From NCBI GenBank assembly GCA_039630545.1, contig JBCNUU010000004.1:1-64000 (forward strand): a DNA stretch of 64,000 nt, given 5' to 3'. Positions 50,442 to 59,314 of this stretch are shown here, in pieces. This stretch comes from Endomicrobiia bacterium. Lineage in GTDB: Bacteria > Elusimicrobiota > Endomicrobiia > DTEH01. Every line of letters begins with the position of its first letter. Position 1 is the stretch's first letter. The notes below the pieces were generated by a model. It had not been told where the DNA came from. It saw nothing but the letters and a program-made list of their open reading frames with translations, and did no database searches. The translations under genes and the position numbers were made by a program.

Positions 50442-51839
50442 TTAAATTTTAATTAACTTTAAAATCATTTCTGGAAATAATCCAACCACTACAGAAAAAA
50501 GTGTAAGCAAGACAATCACCAAAACCATAGATAATGTTTTTTCTTTAATCTCAAATTTTTTCTTACCCAAGAATACAGAGTTGTACAATCTCATCAAATA
50601 TAGCAGAGTTAAAATTGAACCTGCAACAGCTACAAAAGCTACAAAAATTCTCTGTGTCTCTAAAGCACCTTTTAATATAAAAAATTTACCCCAGAATCCA
50701 CTGAAAATAGGAAAACCTATTATTGAAAAACTACATATTAAAAAACAAATAGAAGTTACAGGCATTGTTTGGATTAATCCACCTAATTTACTAATATCTC
50801 TTTCATTTACATTATGTTCTACTATACCCGCTGATAAAAATAGTCCTGCTTTAGATAAAGCATGACTTAAAATATAAAATATAGCTCCTTTAATACTATC
50901 TGTTATATTTATTACAAAACCTAAAAATACATAACTCAACTGAGATATAGTAGAATACGCTAAAATTCTTTTAATATCTGTCTCAATCAAAGCCATAAAA
51001 CCTGCTATTAATATTGTTGACAAAAATATAACAAGTGTAAATTCCTGAAATCTCTGTGAAATTTCAAAAGTAAAGTTAAAGATTCTACCAAAACTATATA
51101 TTCCAATTTTAACTAAAACAGCTGCATGTAATAATGCCGTTACAGGTGTAGGAGCAACTCCTGCTTCAGGTAGCCACACATGAAAAGGAAACTGTGCAGA
51201 TTTAGCTATCATTCCTGATAGCAAAAATAAAGCTGTTGTATCAGAAATTTGTTTATTTTTTAGTTCATAAATATTTGCACTACCATATTCTACATAAAGT
51301 ATACAAATTCCAACTAACATCAAAGCTGAACCCAAAAGGGTCATAAGAAAAGATTTATTTGCTTTAGATAAATGTACATTTCCTCTATAAAAACCTATCA
51401 GCTGCCATGAACAAATAGATGTCAGTTCCCAACAAATATACATAATTATAAGGTTTCCACTAAAAGTTAAACCTAACATTGAAGTTACAAATAATGTAAC
51501 ATAAAAATAGTATATGCTTTGATTTTCATAATGTGACATATAATCAAATGAATAAATAACTATTAATGTGGCTATTATAATTGAAGTTAATGCCATTATT
51601 AAAGCATAACTATCTAATATAAATATATCCCAATTTTTAAATTTTAACATTAAAAAATCACTTTCTATATTGGAAAAATATCTAAACGACAAACTGATTA
51701 TTCCAAATAGTCCCAAAACCAAAGCTATCAAAGAGGAAATTCTTGAGATTTTTTCATAAGTTGAAATTCTGGCTAAAAAAGTTCCAACTAATAAAACACT
51801 AAAAGAAAATAAAATTATAAAACTATTTGTAATAATCAT
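50442..51839 (-). CDS. Antiporter-like subunit (NuoL/MrpA core, no C-terminal arm)
   Basis: WELTSICSWQLIGF, AKSAQFPFHVWLPEA..APTPVTALLHAA, DIKRILAYSTISQ. Confidence 0.9.
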   Translation of the reverse strand: MIITNSFIILFSFSVLLVGTFLARISTYEKISRISSLIALVLGLFGIISLSFRYFSNIESDFLMLKFKNWDIFILDSYALIMALTSIIIATLIVIYSFDYMSHYENQSIYYFYVTLFVTSMLGLTFSGNLIIMYICWELTSICSWQLIGFYRGNVHLSKANKSFLMTLLGSALMLVGICILYVEYGSANIYELKNKQISDTTALFLLSGMIAKSAQFPFHVWLPEAGVAPTPVTALLHAAVLVKIGIYSFGRIFNFTFEISQRFQEFTLVIFLSTILIAGFMALIETDIKRILAYSTISQLSYVFLGFVINITDSIKGAIFYILSHALSKAGLFLSAGIVEHNVNERDISKLGGLIQTMPVTSICFLICSFSIIGFPIFSGFWGKFFILKGALETQRIFVAFVAVAGSILTLLYLMRLYNSVFLGKKKFEIKEKTLSMVLVIVLLTLFSVVVGLFPEMILKLIKI

Positions 51840-53020
51840 ATATGTTTTTTAATCCACTCCGTTTTTTGTTGAGATAACTTAATTAAATCATTCCATGTTA
51901 AAATTTCTTTTTTAGTATTTACATCTATAGCAACGGTTCTTTCTGTACAACAATAACACGGATCTACAGAAGCTAAGGTAATGGCAGCATCAGAGATTGT
52001 TTGTCCTACAGCTGCAACTTTATTTGAAGCTATATTTACATAAGACGGAGCACGAATTTTATGTCTTACGGGTCTATTGGAACCATCTGACCTTATATAG
52101 TGGAAAACTTCTCCACGCGGAGCTTCGTGTCTGCCTATCCCTTCACCTGGTGGTATAAAGTCAACCTTAACTTCAATATTACCTTCTGGTTCTTTTTTTA
52201 ATTTATCTAAACATTGTTTTATTATTCTAATAGATTCATACATTTCAAGAATTCTAATTACTGCCTTGTCAAAAACATCTCCATTATACAACACAGGCAC
52301 ATTAAATTGAACCTCTCCATATGCTGCATAAGGATCGTCTCGCCTTACATCTATATCTATACCACTTGCACGGGCAGTTGGGCCTACAACACAGTATTTA
52401 ATAGCATCCTCTTTGGTAAGTACTCCAACACCCTTAAGGCGCGCATGAATTACAGGGTCATCCATTACAGCACCTTTAAACATATCAACTACAGGAACTA
52501 AATCATCACACATTTTCTCTATTTGTGGTATTATCTCTTTCGGTATATCTTTTCTTACACCTCCAACTTTAAACATAGAATAGTGTTGCCGATTACCAGA
52601 AATAACTTCTAATATATCACAAACATTCTCCCTATATTTCCACGACCACATCCAGATGGTGTTGTAACCAATAAAATGTCCTGCTAAACCAAGCCATAAT
52701 AAGTGTGAATGTAATCTTTCAAGTTCTCCTATTGTACTTCTTATATATTTTGCTCTGGTTGGAATATCAATACCAAGTAAATCCTCCACAGCATTAACAT
52801 ATGCAAAAGGATGACTTGTAGAACATATACCACAAATACGTTCAACTAAAAATGTAACTTGGTCATAATGTTTTGTAGTAGAAAGCTGTTCAACACCACG
52901 ATGGTTATAACCAATCTCAATTTCAATATCTACAACTTTTTCACCGTCAACATATAACTTGAAAAATTCAGGTTCTTCCTGTAGTGGATGGTAAGGACCT
53001 ATCGGTATTATTTTTTTCAT
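51836..53020 (-). CDS. Group 4 [NiFe]-hydrogenase large subunit (MbhL/EchE/HycE-like)
   Basis: IGPYHP, GYNHRGVE, L1 ERICGIC, EAPRGE, L2 DPCYCCTER followed by a 33-aa extension. Confidence 0.92.
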   Translation of the reverse strand: MKKIIPIGPYHPLQEEPEFFKLYVDGEKVVDIEIEIGYNHRGVEQLSTTKHYDQVTFLVERICGICSTSHPFAYVNAVEDLLGIDIPTRAKYIRSTIGELERLHSHLLWLGLAGHFIGYNTIWMWSWKYRENVCDILEVISGNRQHYSMFKVGGVRKDIPKEIIPQIEKMCDDLVPVVDMFKGAVMDDPVIHARLKGVGVLTKEDAIKYCVVGPTARASGIDIDVRRDDPYAAYGEVQFNVPVLYNGDVFDKAVIRILEMYESIRIIKQCLDKLKKEPEGNIEVKVDFIPPGEGIGRHEAPRGEVFHYIRSDGSNRPVRHKIRAPSYVNIASNKVAAVGQTISDAAITLASVDPCYCCTERTVAIDVNTKKEILTWNDLIKLSQQKTEWIKKHI

Positions 53021-53460
53021 ATAACATCCTCTCTTAGAGGATATTTACCCTCTGGCCAATCTTCAGGTAATAATAGATGCTTAAGATTAGGATGACCTAT
53101 GAAGTTTACTCCTACCATCTCCCATATTTCTCTTTCTATCCACTCAGCAGCAGAAAAAACTTTTGTTAAACTTTCTATTTCAGGTTGATTTTTATCAAGC
53201 TTTACTTTTAAAGACACTATCTCTCCTGTTTTGTCATAACTAAAGTGATAAAGTATTTCTATATTATTTTCACAATCTATCCCTGTTGCCGTAGAAAATC
53301 TAAAACCAAAGTCTTCAAATAAAACTTTAACACATTCTATAATATTCTGTTTATTGATTTCTATATAATACCTTTTGTCATTTTTCCTAAAAAAATCCAC
53401 AATTTTATCTTTAAGTTTATTTTTTACTTCATCAATTATTTTTTCTTTCATATTCATCAA
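53017..53460 (-). CDS. Hydrogenase subunit NuoC/MbhK-like
   Basis: ILYHFS, AEWIEREIWEMVGVNFIGHP, PEDWPEGKYPLR. Confidence 0.9.
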   Translation of the reverse strand: MMNMKEKIIDEVKNKLKDKIVDFFRKNDKRYYIEINKQNIIECVKVLFEDFGFRFSTATGIDCENNIEILYHFSYDKTGEIVSLKVKLDKNQPEIESLTKVFSAAEWIEREIWEMVGVNFIGHPNLKHLLLPEDWPEGKYPLREDVI

Positions 53461-53894
53461 AGATAAGTTGTTATTTTTTTTCTTAATGTATCAATTAACT
53501 TTACAATACCACCAATTATAGCTTCTGGTTTTGGTGGACATCCAGGAATATATGCTGAAACAGGGACAATCTCATCAACATTACATGGAGTATTAAAAGA
53601 ATCTTTAAAAACACCTCTACCGCACGCACAAGTTCCAACTGCTACCACAAAACAAGGTTTGGGTGTTTGTTCATATAAGTACTTTAATTTTTGCCAGTTT
53701 TTATAATTAGGCACGCCTGTAACCAGTAGTATATCGGCATGTCTAATAGAACCAACTAACTGAATACCAAATCTTTCTAAATCGTATCTGGGCGTTAATG
53801 TATCTAATATTTCTATATCACAATTGTTACATGGAGATAAAGGTAAATGAAAAACCCACAATGATTTTAAAAGAGACTTTTTAATCAAACCCAT
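53457..53894 (-). CDS. Group 4 hydrogenase small subunit (NuoB/MbhJ-like)
   Basis: CNNCDIE, RHADILLVTG, GTCA, PGCPPKPE; start re-called to ATG 53894. Confidence 0.92.
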   Translation of the reverse strand: MGLIKKSLLKSLWVFHLPLSPCNNCDIEILDTLTPRYDLERFGIQLVGSIRHADILLVTGVPNYKNWQKLKYLYEQTPKPCFVVAVGTCACGRGVFKDSFNTPCNVDEIVPVSAYIPGCPPKPEAIIGGIVKLIDTLRKKITTYL

Positions 53895-53912
53895 CTTTTT
53901 ATTCCACAAGTT

Positions 53913-54824
53913 TTATTTAAAACTTATTTTAAAAATTAAAGAAAGAATTGAATTCAACAAACTAATAGGAAAAATCCAGAACCAGAAAAACTTTAAAACT
54001 TGATCAATTTTTAACCTGGGATTTGTATTTTTGATCATTATGATTATTATCAAAACTAATAAATATTCAATAAAAAACAATATTAAGTTTCTACCACCAT
54101 TAAAGTATAACAACACTAAAAACGCAGGCACAATTGATAACAAAATTTGTTTTGTTAACTTTATCAATCCTAATAACAAACCAGAATATTCTATTAAAAT
54201 ACCTCCTGCTAACTCAGTCTCTGCCTCTTGAGCATCAAATGGAACAAAATTTAACTTAGCATGTAATATAATTAATGTAATAAGAAACGATATAAAACTA
54301 AATACGGTTAGATAATTATTTTGCATTATATCTAACAATTTTATACTCTTAGATTGAATAATCGGCACTAACAAAGATGTAATAAATGGCAACTCATAAG
54401 ATAAAAGCATTTTCATTTCTCTTGCAACACCTACAGAAGCTATAGCATTACCAGAAGAAGAAGCTCCTAGTATTAACATTAAAGATGGTATAGTCATAAT
54501 ATATATCAAAACAATGATATCACCCACAAAACTTTTTTTAAAGAATATAACCAACCATAAAATTGTAGCAGATAATATTATACAAGCAAAGCTTATAAAT
54601 GGTGCTATCAAAAACATAAAATTTGCATTTTCAGGAATAGTAACTTCTTTTAATAAGAGTTTAAAAAAGTCATATAAATTCTGCATAATAGAAGGTCCTT
54701 TTCTATATTGCAGTCTCGCTGTAAGTTTTCTATCTATATATCCCACAAATATTGACAAAACAAAAGAAAAAAGAAATCCCGGAAAAACAATATAAAAAAA
54801 TAATGAATTTATTATTTCAGTCAT
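53913..54824 (-). CDS. Membrane anchor subunit NuoH/MbhM/HyfC-like
   Basis: DRKLTARLQYRKGP, DFFKLLLKE, PFDAQEAETELAGG..EYSG, NPRLKIDQ. Confidence 0.92.
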   Translation of the reverse strand: MTEIINSLFFYIVFPGFLFSFVLSIFVGYIDRKLTARLQYRKGPSIMQNLYDFFKLLLKEVTIPENANFMFLIAPFISFACIILSATILWLVIFFKKSFVGDIIVLIYIMTIPSLMLILGASSSGNAIASVGVAREMKMLLSYELPFITSLLVPIIQSKSIKLLDIMQNNYLTVFSFISFLITLIILHAKLNFVPFDAQEAETELAGGILIEYSGLLLGLIKLTKQILLSIVPAFLVLLYFNGGRNLILFFIEYLLVLIIIIMIKNTNPRLKIDQVLKFFWFWIFPISLLNSILSLIFKISFK

Positions 54825-54827
54825 GGG

Positions 54828-55343
54828 TTATTCATTAACTATCCATTTAATAACTTTAACAACAAGATTCTGGTTTATTTCATAGATATTTTCTTTTTCG
54901 TTTGGCAATATTTCTGTATATTTTATAGCCCCTTCAGGACAGGTAACACTGCACACTGGTGGATTTTCCTCAGAAGCTCTACTGAGACAGAAATCACATT
55001 GAGAACTCTTATATTCTAATACATCTTTATAAATTGTACCAAATGGACAAGCTACTAAACAACTTTTACACGATGTACATTTAAATAAACTTCTGTGTAA
55101 AATTCCATCTTTATCTTTAAACAAAGCTTCATTAGGACAACTGTTTATACAAAAAGCATCTTCACATTTTCTACAGATAAAATATTGCAAAATTTTTGAA
55201 AAAAATTTTTCAAATCCTCTATTTAACGATTTCTCTTTAGGAAGATCTCTATAAAAATGAGAATGTTTATAAAAATATGAACATTCAGCTTTACATTCTT
55301 TGCAACTATAACACTTTTCTATATCTACAAAAATTCTTTTCAT
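54828..55343 (-). CDS. Multi-[4Fe-4S] electron-transfer protein (HycB/HydN/CooF-like)
   Basis: CYSCKEC, CRKCEDAFCINSCP, CTSCKSCLVACP, CDFC...CSVTCP. Confidence 0.88.
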   Translation of the reverse strand: MKRIFVDIEKCYSCKECKAECSYFYKHSHFYRDLPKEKSLNRGFEKFFSKILQYFICRKCEDAFCINSCPNEALFKDKDGILHRSLFKCTSCKSCLVACPFGTIYKDVLEYKSSQCDFCLSRASEENPPVCSVTCPEGAIKYTEILPNEKENIYEINQNLVVKVIKWIVNE

Positions 55344-55348
55344 TTTTA

Positions 55349-56170
55349 TTATTCAAATGGTTCAGGTATATCCTTAATTTGTTCCCAACTAAAAACAGGA
55401 CCATCTTTGCAAATAAAATAACTTCCAATCTGACAATGTCCACATTTTCCTAACCCGCAACTCATATTTCTTTCCATTGAGAGATATATTTGGTGAGGTT
55501 TAAATTTCATATCTATAAGTTTAAGAGTCGTAAATTTCATCATTACAGGAGGACCACATACTACAGCCACTGAGTTTCCAACATCTACTTTCACCTTATC
55601 TAAAAGACAGGTAACCACACCTACCGTCTCATTCCATTCACCAGGTTGACACTTATCCACTGAACGAAGAATCTCCAATCTTTCAATTTTGGACCATTCA
55701 GGAAAAAGATATTTATAAACAATATCTTGTGGAGTTCTTGCTCCATAACATAGTATTATTTTTTTAAATTCATTTATTCTTTCAAACAAAGTAAACAACA
55801 GAGATCTCAAAGGAGCAAGTCCAACACCACCACCTATTATCAATACTTCTTTACCTTTAAAACTATCCACAGGATATCCCTTCCCATAAGGACCTCTTAT
55901 TCCTACAATCTCACCTTCTTTCATAGAATGTAAAACTTCTGTCATTCTTCCAACACGCATAATTGTAACATCTATTGTCTCAGTTTTATAAGGAGAAGAA
56001 GAAGGAGTAAATGGCGCTTCTCCAACTCCATACACTGTAAGTTCTATAAATTGTCCTGTCTCAAATGAAAATTTATCACCATTTAATGGTTTAAGCGTAA
56101 AAGTTTTTATATTTGAAGTTTCCTGGATGATTTTAATAATTTTAAAATTTTTGGGTCGATATATATTCAT
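55349..56170 (-). CDS. FAD/NAD(P)-binding [2Fe-2S] oxidoreductase (AsrB/HydG/PyrK-like)
   Basis: GQF...GEAPF, RGPYG, GGGVGLAP, CGPPVMM, ERNMSCGLGKCGHC...CKDGPVF. Confidence 0.92.
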   Translation of the reverse strand: MNIYRPKNFKIIKIIQETSNIKTFTLKPLNGDKFSFETGQFIELTVYGVGEAPFTPSSSPYKTETIDVTIMRVGRMTEVLHSMKEGEIVGIRGPYGKGYPVDSFKGKEVLIIGGGVGLAPLRSLLFTLFERINEFKKIILCYGARTPQDIVYKYLFPEWSKIERLEILRSVDKCQPGEWNETVGVVTCLLDKVKVDVGNSVAVVCGPPVMMKFTTLKLIDMKFKPHQIYLSMERNMSCGLGKCGHCQIGSYFICKDGPVFSWEQIKDIPEPFE

Positions 56171-57216
56171 TGTTCAAACTTTAGAACTTTCTCACCTTTT
56201 GCTAAAACCAGATTTCTTATTACTTTTCTTATGTCAATTTTAGCAGGACACACTTCAATGCATCTGCCACATCCACTACATGCATACATTTTAAAGTTTT
56301 CATATCTATATACAAATTTGCACTGATATCTATTTCTAAACCTCTGGTATTTATATTTTCTAGGATTAGCCCCACCAGCTACACGAGCATAACCTGTAAA
56401 GTGACACACATCCCAGACTTTATCTCTATACTGGTTTACAACTGAAACAGATGCTTCTCTTATCAAAAAACAATAACAACTTGGACAGATAAAGTTGCAA
56501 CCTCCACACTGAACACATTTTTCTGATTCTTTTTTCCATGTATCTTTTATATCGTAGGTATTTTTAAGCGCAAGATAATATTTGGTTTTATTTTTTTCTT
56601 CTTTAATAAATTCTTTATTAAATTCTATTATTTTTCTTTCAGCTACTTTTCTTACACTGTCTCTTTTTAAAATTTCACTCTCAGTAGGTGGCTCAAATTC
56701 ACTAAAATTTTCTTTTAAAAATTTTTCTCCTTTTAGAGAAAATGCTTCTAATATTAAGTTATTTTCATCTACAAAAGAAATATTTATGTCACTACCATCT
56801 TCTTTTTCTACATATGGTTTTCCTCCGACTATGCTACAAAAACAACTCTCTTTAGGACTTACACAATCAGAACTAATGATGAATGTATTATCTTTGTAAG
56901 TTTTATACTGTTCGTCTATATAATCTTTTAAAAACATATTATCTAAAATCTTTAATGCTTTTAAATCACAAAATTTTACATCTATCAGTAATACATTTTC
57001 TACCTCAAAAGAAATATCTGATATGGGATCTTTTGGTTTAAAAAAGAAAATTTTAGGTGGTGTTAATGTTCTAATATTTAACAACGCTAAATTTTTTATC
57101 TCATCAGTATTTACTATCTTTTTATAAGTTTGATCAAAACAATGCTGAATTATCTTAAAATTAGATAATTTTGCAACAACTGATAAAAGGTCAGAATAAT
57201 TGACGCTTTTTTTCAT
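56167..57216 (-). CDS. [4Fe-4S] protein, AsrA/sulfhydrogenase beta (HydB)-like
   Basis: CDLKA, SCFC, CVQCGGCNFICPSCYCF, WDVC, RFRNR, CSGCGRCIEVCP. Confidence 0.9.
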   Translation of the reverse strand: MKKSVNYSDLLSVVAKLSNFKIIQHCFDQTYKKIVNTDEIKNLALLNIRTLTPPKIFFFKPKDPISDISFEVENVLLIDVKFCDLKALKILDNMFLKDYIDEQYKTYKDNTFIISSDCVSPKESCFCSIVGGKPYVEKEDGSDINISFVDENNLILEAFSLKGEKFLKENFSEFEPPTESEILKRDSVRKVAERKIIEFNKEFIKEEKNKTKYYLALKNTYDIKDTWKKESEKCVQCGGCNFICPSCYCFLIREASVSVVNQYRDKVWDVCHFTGYARVAGGANPRKYKYQRFRNRYQCKFVYRYENFKMYACSGCGRCIEVCPAKIDIRKVIRNLVLAKGEKVLKFEQ

Positions 57217-57226
57217 AATTTTTATT

Positions 57227-57244
57227 TAGTGAAATTTTTCACAA
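57227..57244. promoter_or_regulatory. Rex-like operator TAGTGAA-ATTT-TTCACAA
   Basis: One mismatch to the Rex consensus TTGTGAA-N4-TTCACAA; lies 10 nt upstream of the first operon start codon. Confidence 0.7.
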
Positions 57245-57260
57245 TTTATTTTTTAAAAAT

Positions 57261-57288
57261 AATATAAAATAAAAAATAATTTTTTCAA
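57261..57288 (-). promoter_or_regulatory. Candidate sigma70 promoter of the hydrogenase operon (TTGAAA-N16-TATATT)
   Basis: -35 at 57288-57283, -10 at 57266-57261; AT-rich background lowers certainty. Confidence 0.45.
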
Positions 57289-57320
57289 GAATTTGATATA
57301 ATTATTATTCAATATTCAAT

Positions 57321-57746
57321 TTAAGACATCTCATTTATTTTCTGACATTTTATACAAAGATCTGTCCAGGGTAAAGCGTTTAATCTTTTTTTAGGAATTT
57401 TTTTTCCGCATTTGCTACAAAAACCATATTCGCCTTTTTCTATTTTTTCTAAAGCAATATTTATTAAATTTAAAAGATTTATCTGAGTGTCAGAAAGTTC
57501 TCTACGAACTTCTTTCCCTAAGTTATGCTCCGCAATATCTATTTCATCACCTATTTCTAATGGAAGTTCTATATTATTGTTTTTTTGTAATTTTAAAATT
57601 TCATTATATTTTTCCAAAAGTTTCTTTTTATAAAAATCTAAATCTTTTTTTGAAATTTTTAATTTTCTAGAAGAGGTTTCCTTAACTTCTTTTTTTCTTA
57701 ATTTTCTGAATTTATCTATTTTTTTTACAGTTTTTTTCTTTTTCAT
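57321..57746 (-). CDS. DksA/TraR family C4 zinc-finger protein
   Basis: DEIDIA (DxxDxA), GEYGFCSKCG..IP..RL.ALPW..LCIKC. Confidence 0.9.
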   Translation of the reverse strand: MKKKKTVKKIDKFRKLRKKEVKETSSRKLKISKKDLDFYKKKLLEKYNEILKLQKNNNIELPLEIGDEIDIAEHNLGKEVRRELSDTQINLLNLINIALEKIEKGEYGFCSKCGKKIPKKRLNALPWTDLCIKCQKINEMS

Positions 57747-57755
57747 AATATTAAA

Positions 57756-59210
57756 CTACCTTATCACCTTAATAGTTTTTAAATTTTCACTTTCCTGACC
57801 GCTAATTCTAACTGTATATGAAGATAACTCTTGAAGATATTCTACAGTATCTTTAGTTATTCTTTCTCCTGGAGTTAAGATAGGTAATCCTGGCGGATAC
57901 GGAGTCAAAGTTTGTGCTGAAATATAACCCACTGCTTTTTTTAAAGGAACTCTTTTCGTATTGGTGGAAAAGAATGCATCTCTAGGCAACATTACTACTT
58001 CTGTAGATAAAGGGGGAATCTGAAGCTTATGCATCTCAGCTTCTCCAGAATATTTTTTAGAAATATCCACAACTGCTTCTACTAATCTATCCATGTCTTC
58101 CTTAGAAGTTCCATATCCAGTAATAGCTACTAAATTAAACATATCAGCACAATCTACCTGTATTTTATATTCCTTAGCAAGAATTTCTTCTATTTTGTAT
58201 CCAGTAAGACCTGTCTTTGTTACATTTATTGTTAATTTTGTTAAATCTAAATCATAAAACTCTGATTTTATTTCTTTTCTCGTCAATGCAAATATATTAG
58301 GCAACTTATTAATTTCATCTCTTACTTTTTCGCAATATGAAATAATTTTACTAAAAACTTTATTCCCATTTTTAACAACCTGCATTCTTGCAGCATCTAT
58401 TGAAGCTAAAATAAAATAATTAGGACTTGTAGTCTGTAACATAGAGACCACCCTTTTTACTCTACTTATATCAATTTTAGAAGAATTAAAGTGTAAAACA
58501 GAAGCTTGACTTAAAGCTGAAAGTACTTTATGGATTGAGTGGACACACATATCCGCACCTACTTCTACAGCAGAAACAGGTAAATCCGGATGAAATTTCA
58601 AATGCGGACCATGTGCTTCATCAACTAATAAAATTTTGTTGTATTTTTTGCATACTTCTTGAATTTTTATTAGATTCGGACATATACCATTGTAATTCGG
58701 AGAAGTAACAAACACAGCTTTAGCTTCCGGGTAGTTGTTTATATATTCCTCTATCTCTCGGGAAGATACTTCATATATAATATCTCTCTGTTGGTCGACT
58801 ACAGGTTTTGCCCATATGGGCCAAACTCCAGCAAGAATTATTCCAGCTAAAACAGATTTATGACAGGTTCTTGATAGTATTACGGAATCACCAGGATCAC
58901 AAGCAGCTAATAACATCGCAATATTTCCTACTGTTGATCCATTTACTAAGAAAAAAGAACTTTTAACATTATATGCTTTAGCTGTAAGATCCTGTGCTAA
59001 CTTTATACAACTAACTGGATCATGTAAAGAATCAACTTCTGGAAATACTGTAACATCTAAATAATAAACATTCCGTTTTGTAAATTCTTTAAGTTTGGGT
59101 AGAATCCCAGCACCATTTTTGTGACCAGGCGTATGAAAAGATGTTATTTTATTTTTAGCATGATTAAGTAAAACATCTAAAAGAGGTGTTGAATTTTGTG
59201 TTATTTTCAT
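57756..59210 (-). CDS. Orn/Lys/Arg decarboxylase (fold type I, Bacillus SpeA-like; probable arginine decarboxylase)
   Basis: SFHTPGHK, VNGST, DEAHG, HSIHK (PLP Lys), TTSPNY, PYPPGLP. Start re-called to ATG 59210 because the track's TTG at 59249 coincides with the -35 box. Confidence 0.85.
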   Translation of the reverse strand: MKITQNSTPLLDVLLNHAKNKITSFHTPGHKNGAGILPKLKEFTKRNVYYLDVTVFPEVDSLHDPVSCIKLAQDLTAKAYNVKSSFFLVNGSTVGNIAMLLAACDPGDSVILSRTCHKSVLAGIILAGVWPIWAKPVVDQQRDIIYEVSSREIEEYINNYPEAKAVFVTSPNYNGICPNLIKIQEVCKKYNKILLVDEAHGPHLKFHPDLPVSAVEVGADMCVHSIHKVLSALSQASVLHFNSSKIDISRVKRVVSMLQTTSPNYFILASIDAARMQVVKNGNKVFSKIISYCEKVRDEINKLPNIFALTRKEIKSEFYDLDLTKLTINVTKTGLTGYKIEEILAKEYKIQVDCADMFNLVAITGYGTSKEDMDRLVEAVVDISKKYSGEAEMHKLQIPPLSTEVVMLPRDAFFSTNTKRVPLKKAVGYISAQTLTPYPPGLPILTPGERITKDTVEYLQELSSYTVRISGQESENLKTIKVIR

Positions 59211-59220
59211 TTTTTGTTTA

Positions 59221-59249
59221 AGTTTATATTTTTTTCTTTTTTTTGTCAA
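59221..59249 (-). promoter_or_regulatory. Sigma70 promoter TTGACA-N17-TAAACT for the decarboxylase
   Basis: Perfect -35 at 59249-59244, -10 at 59226-59221. Confidence 0.7.
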
Positions 59250-59314
59250 TATTTATAAATAAAAATTTTATGATGTTGATTTTTTTTTTATTATTTTATA
59301 ATGATAAAACCATT

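Noticed and set aside
51836..53020. Large subunit as non-hydrogenase Mbx/Mbs, Ehr or NuoD
   Set aside because: Both CxxC nickel-binding motifs (CGIC, CYCC) and a C-terminal maturation tail are present.
55349..57216. Anaerobic sulfite reductase AsrABC
   Set aside because: No siroheme AsrC subunit follows; the genes lead straight into the hydrogenase operon.
59229..59300. Poly-T/poly-A tracts as phase-variation sites
   Set aside because: Homopolymers of 7-10 nt are common throughout this AT-rich window and none disrupts a reading frame.
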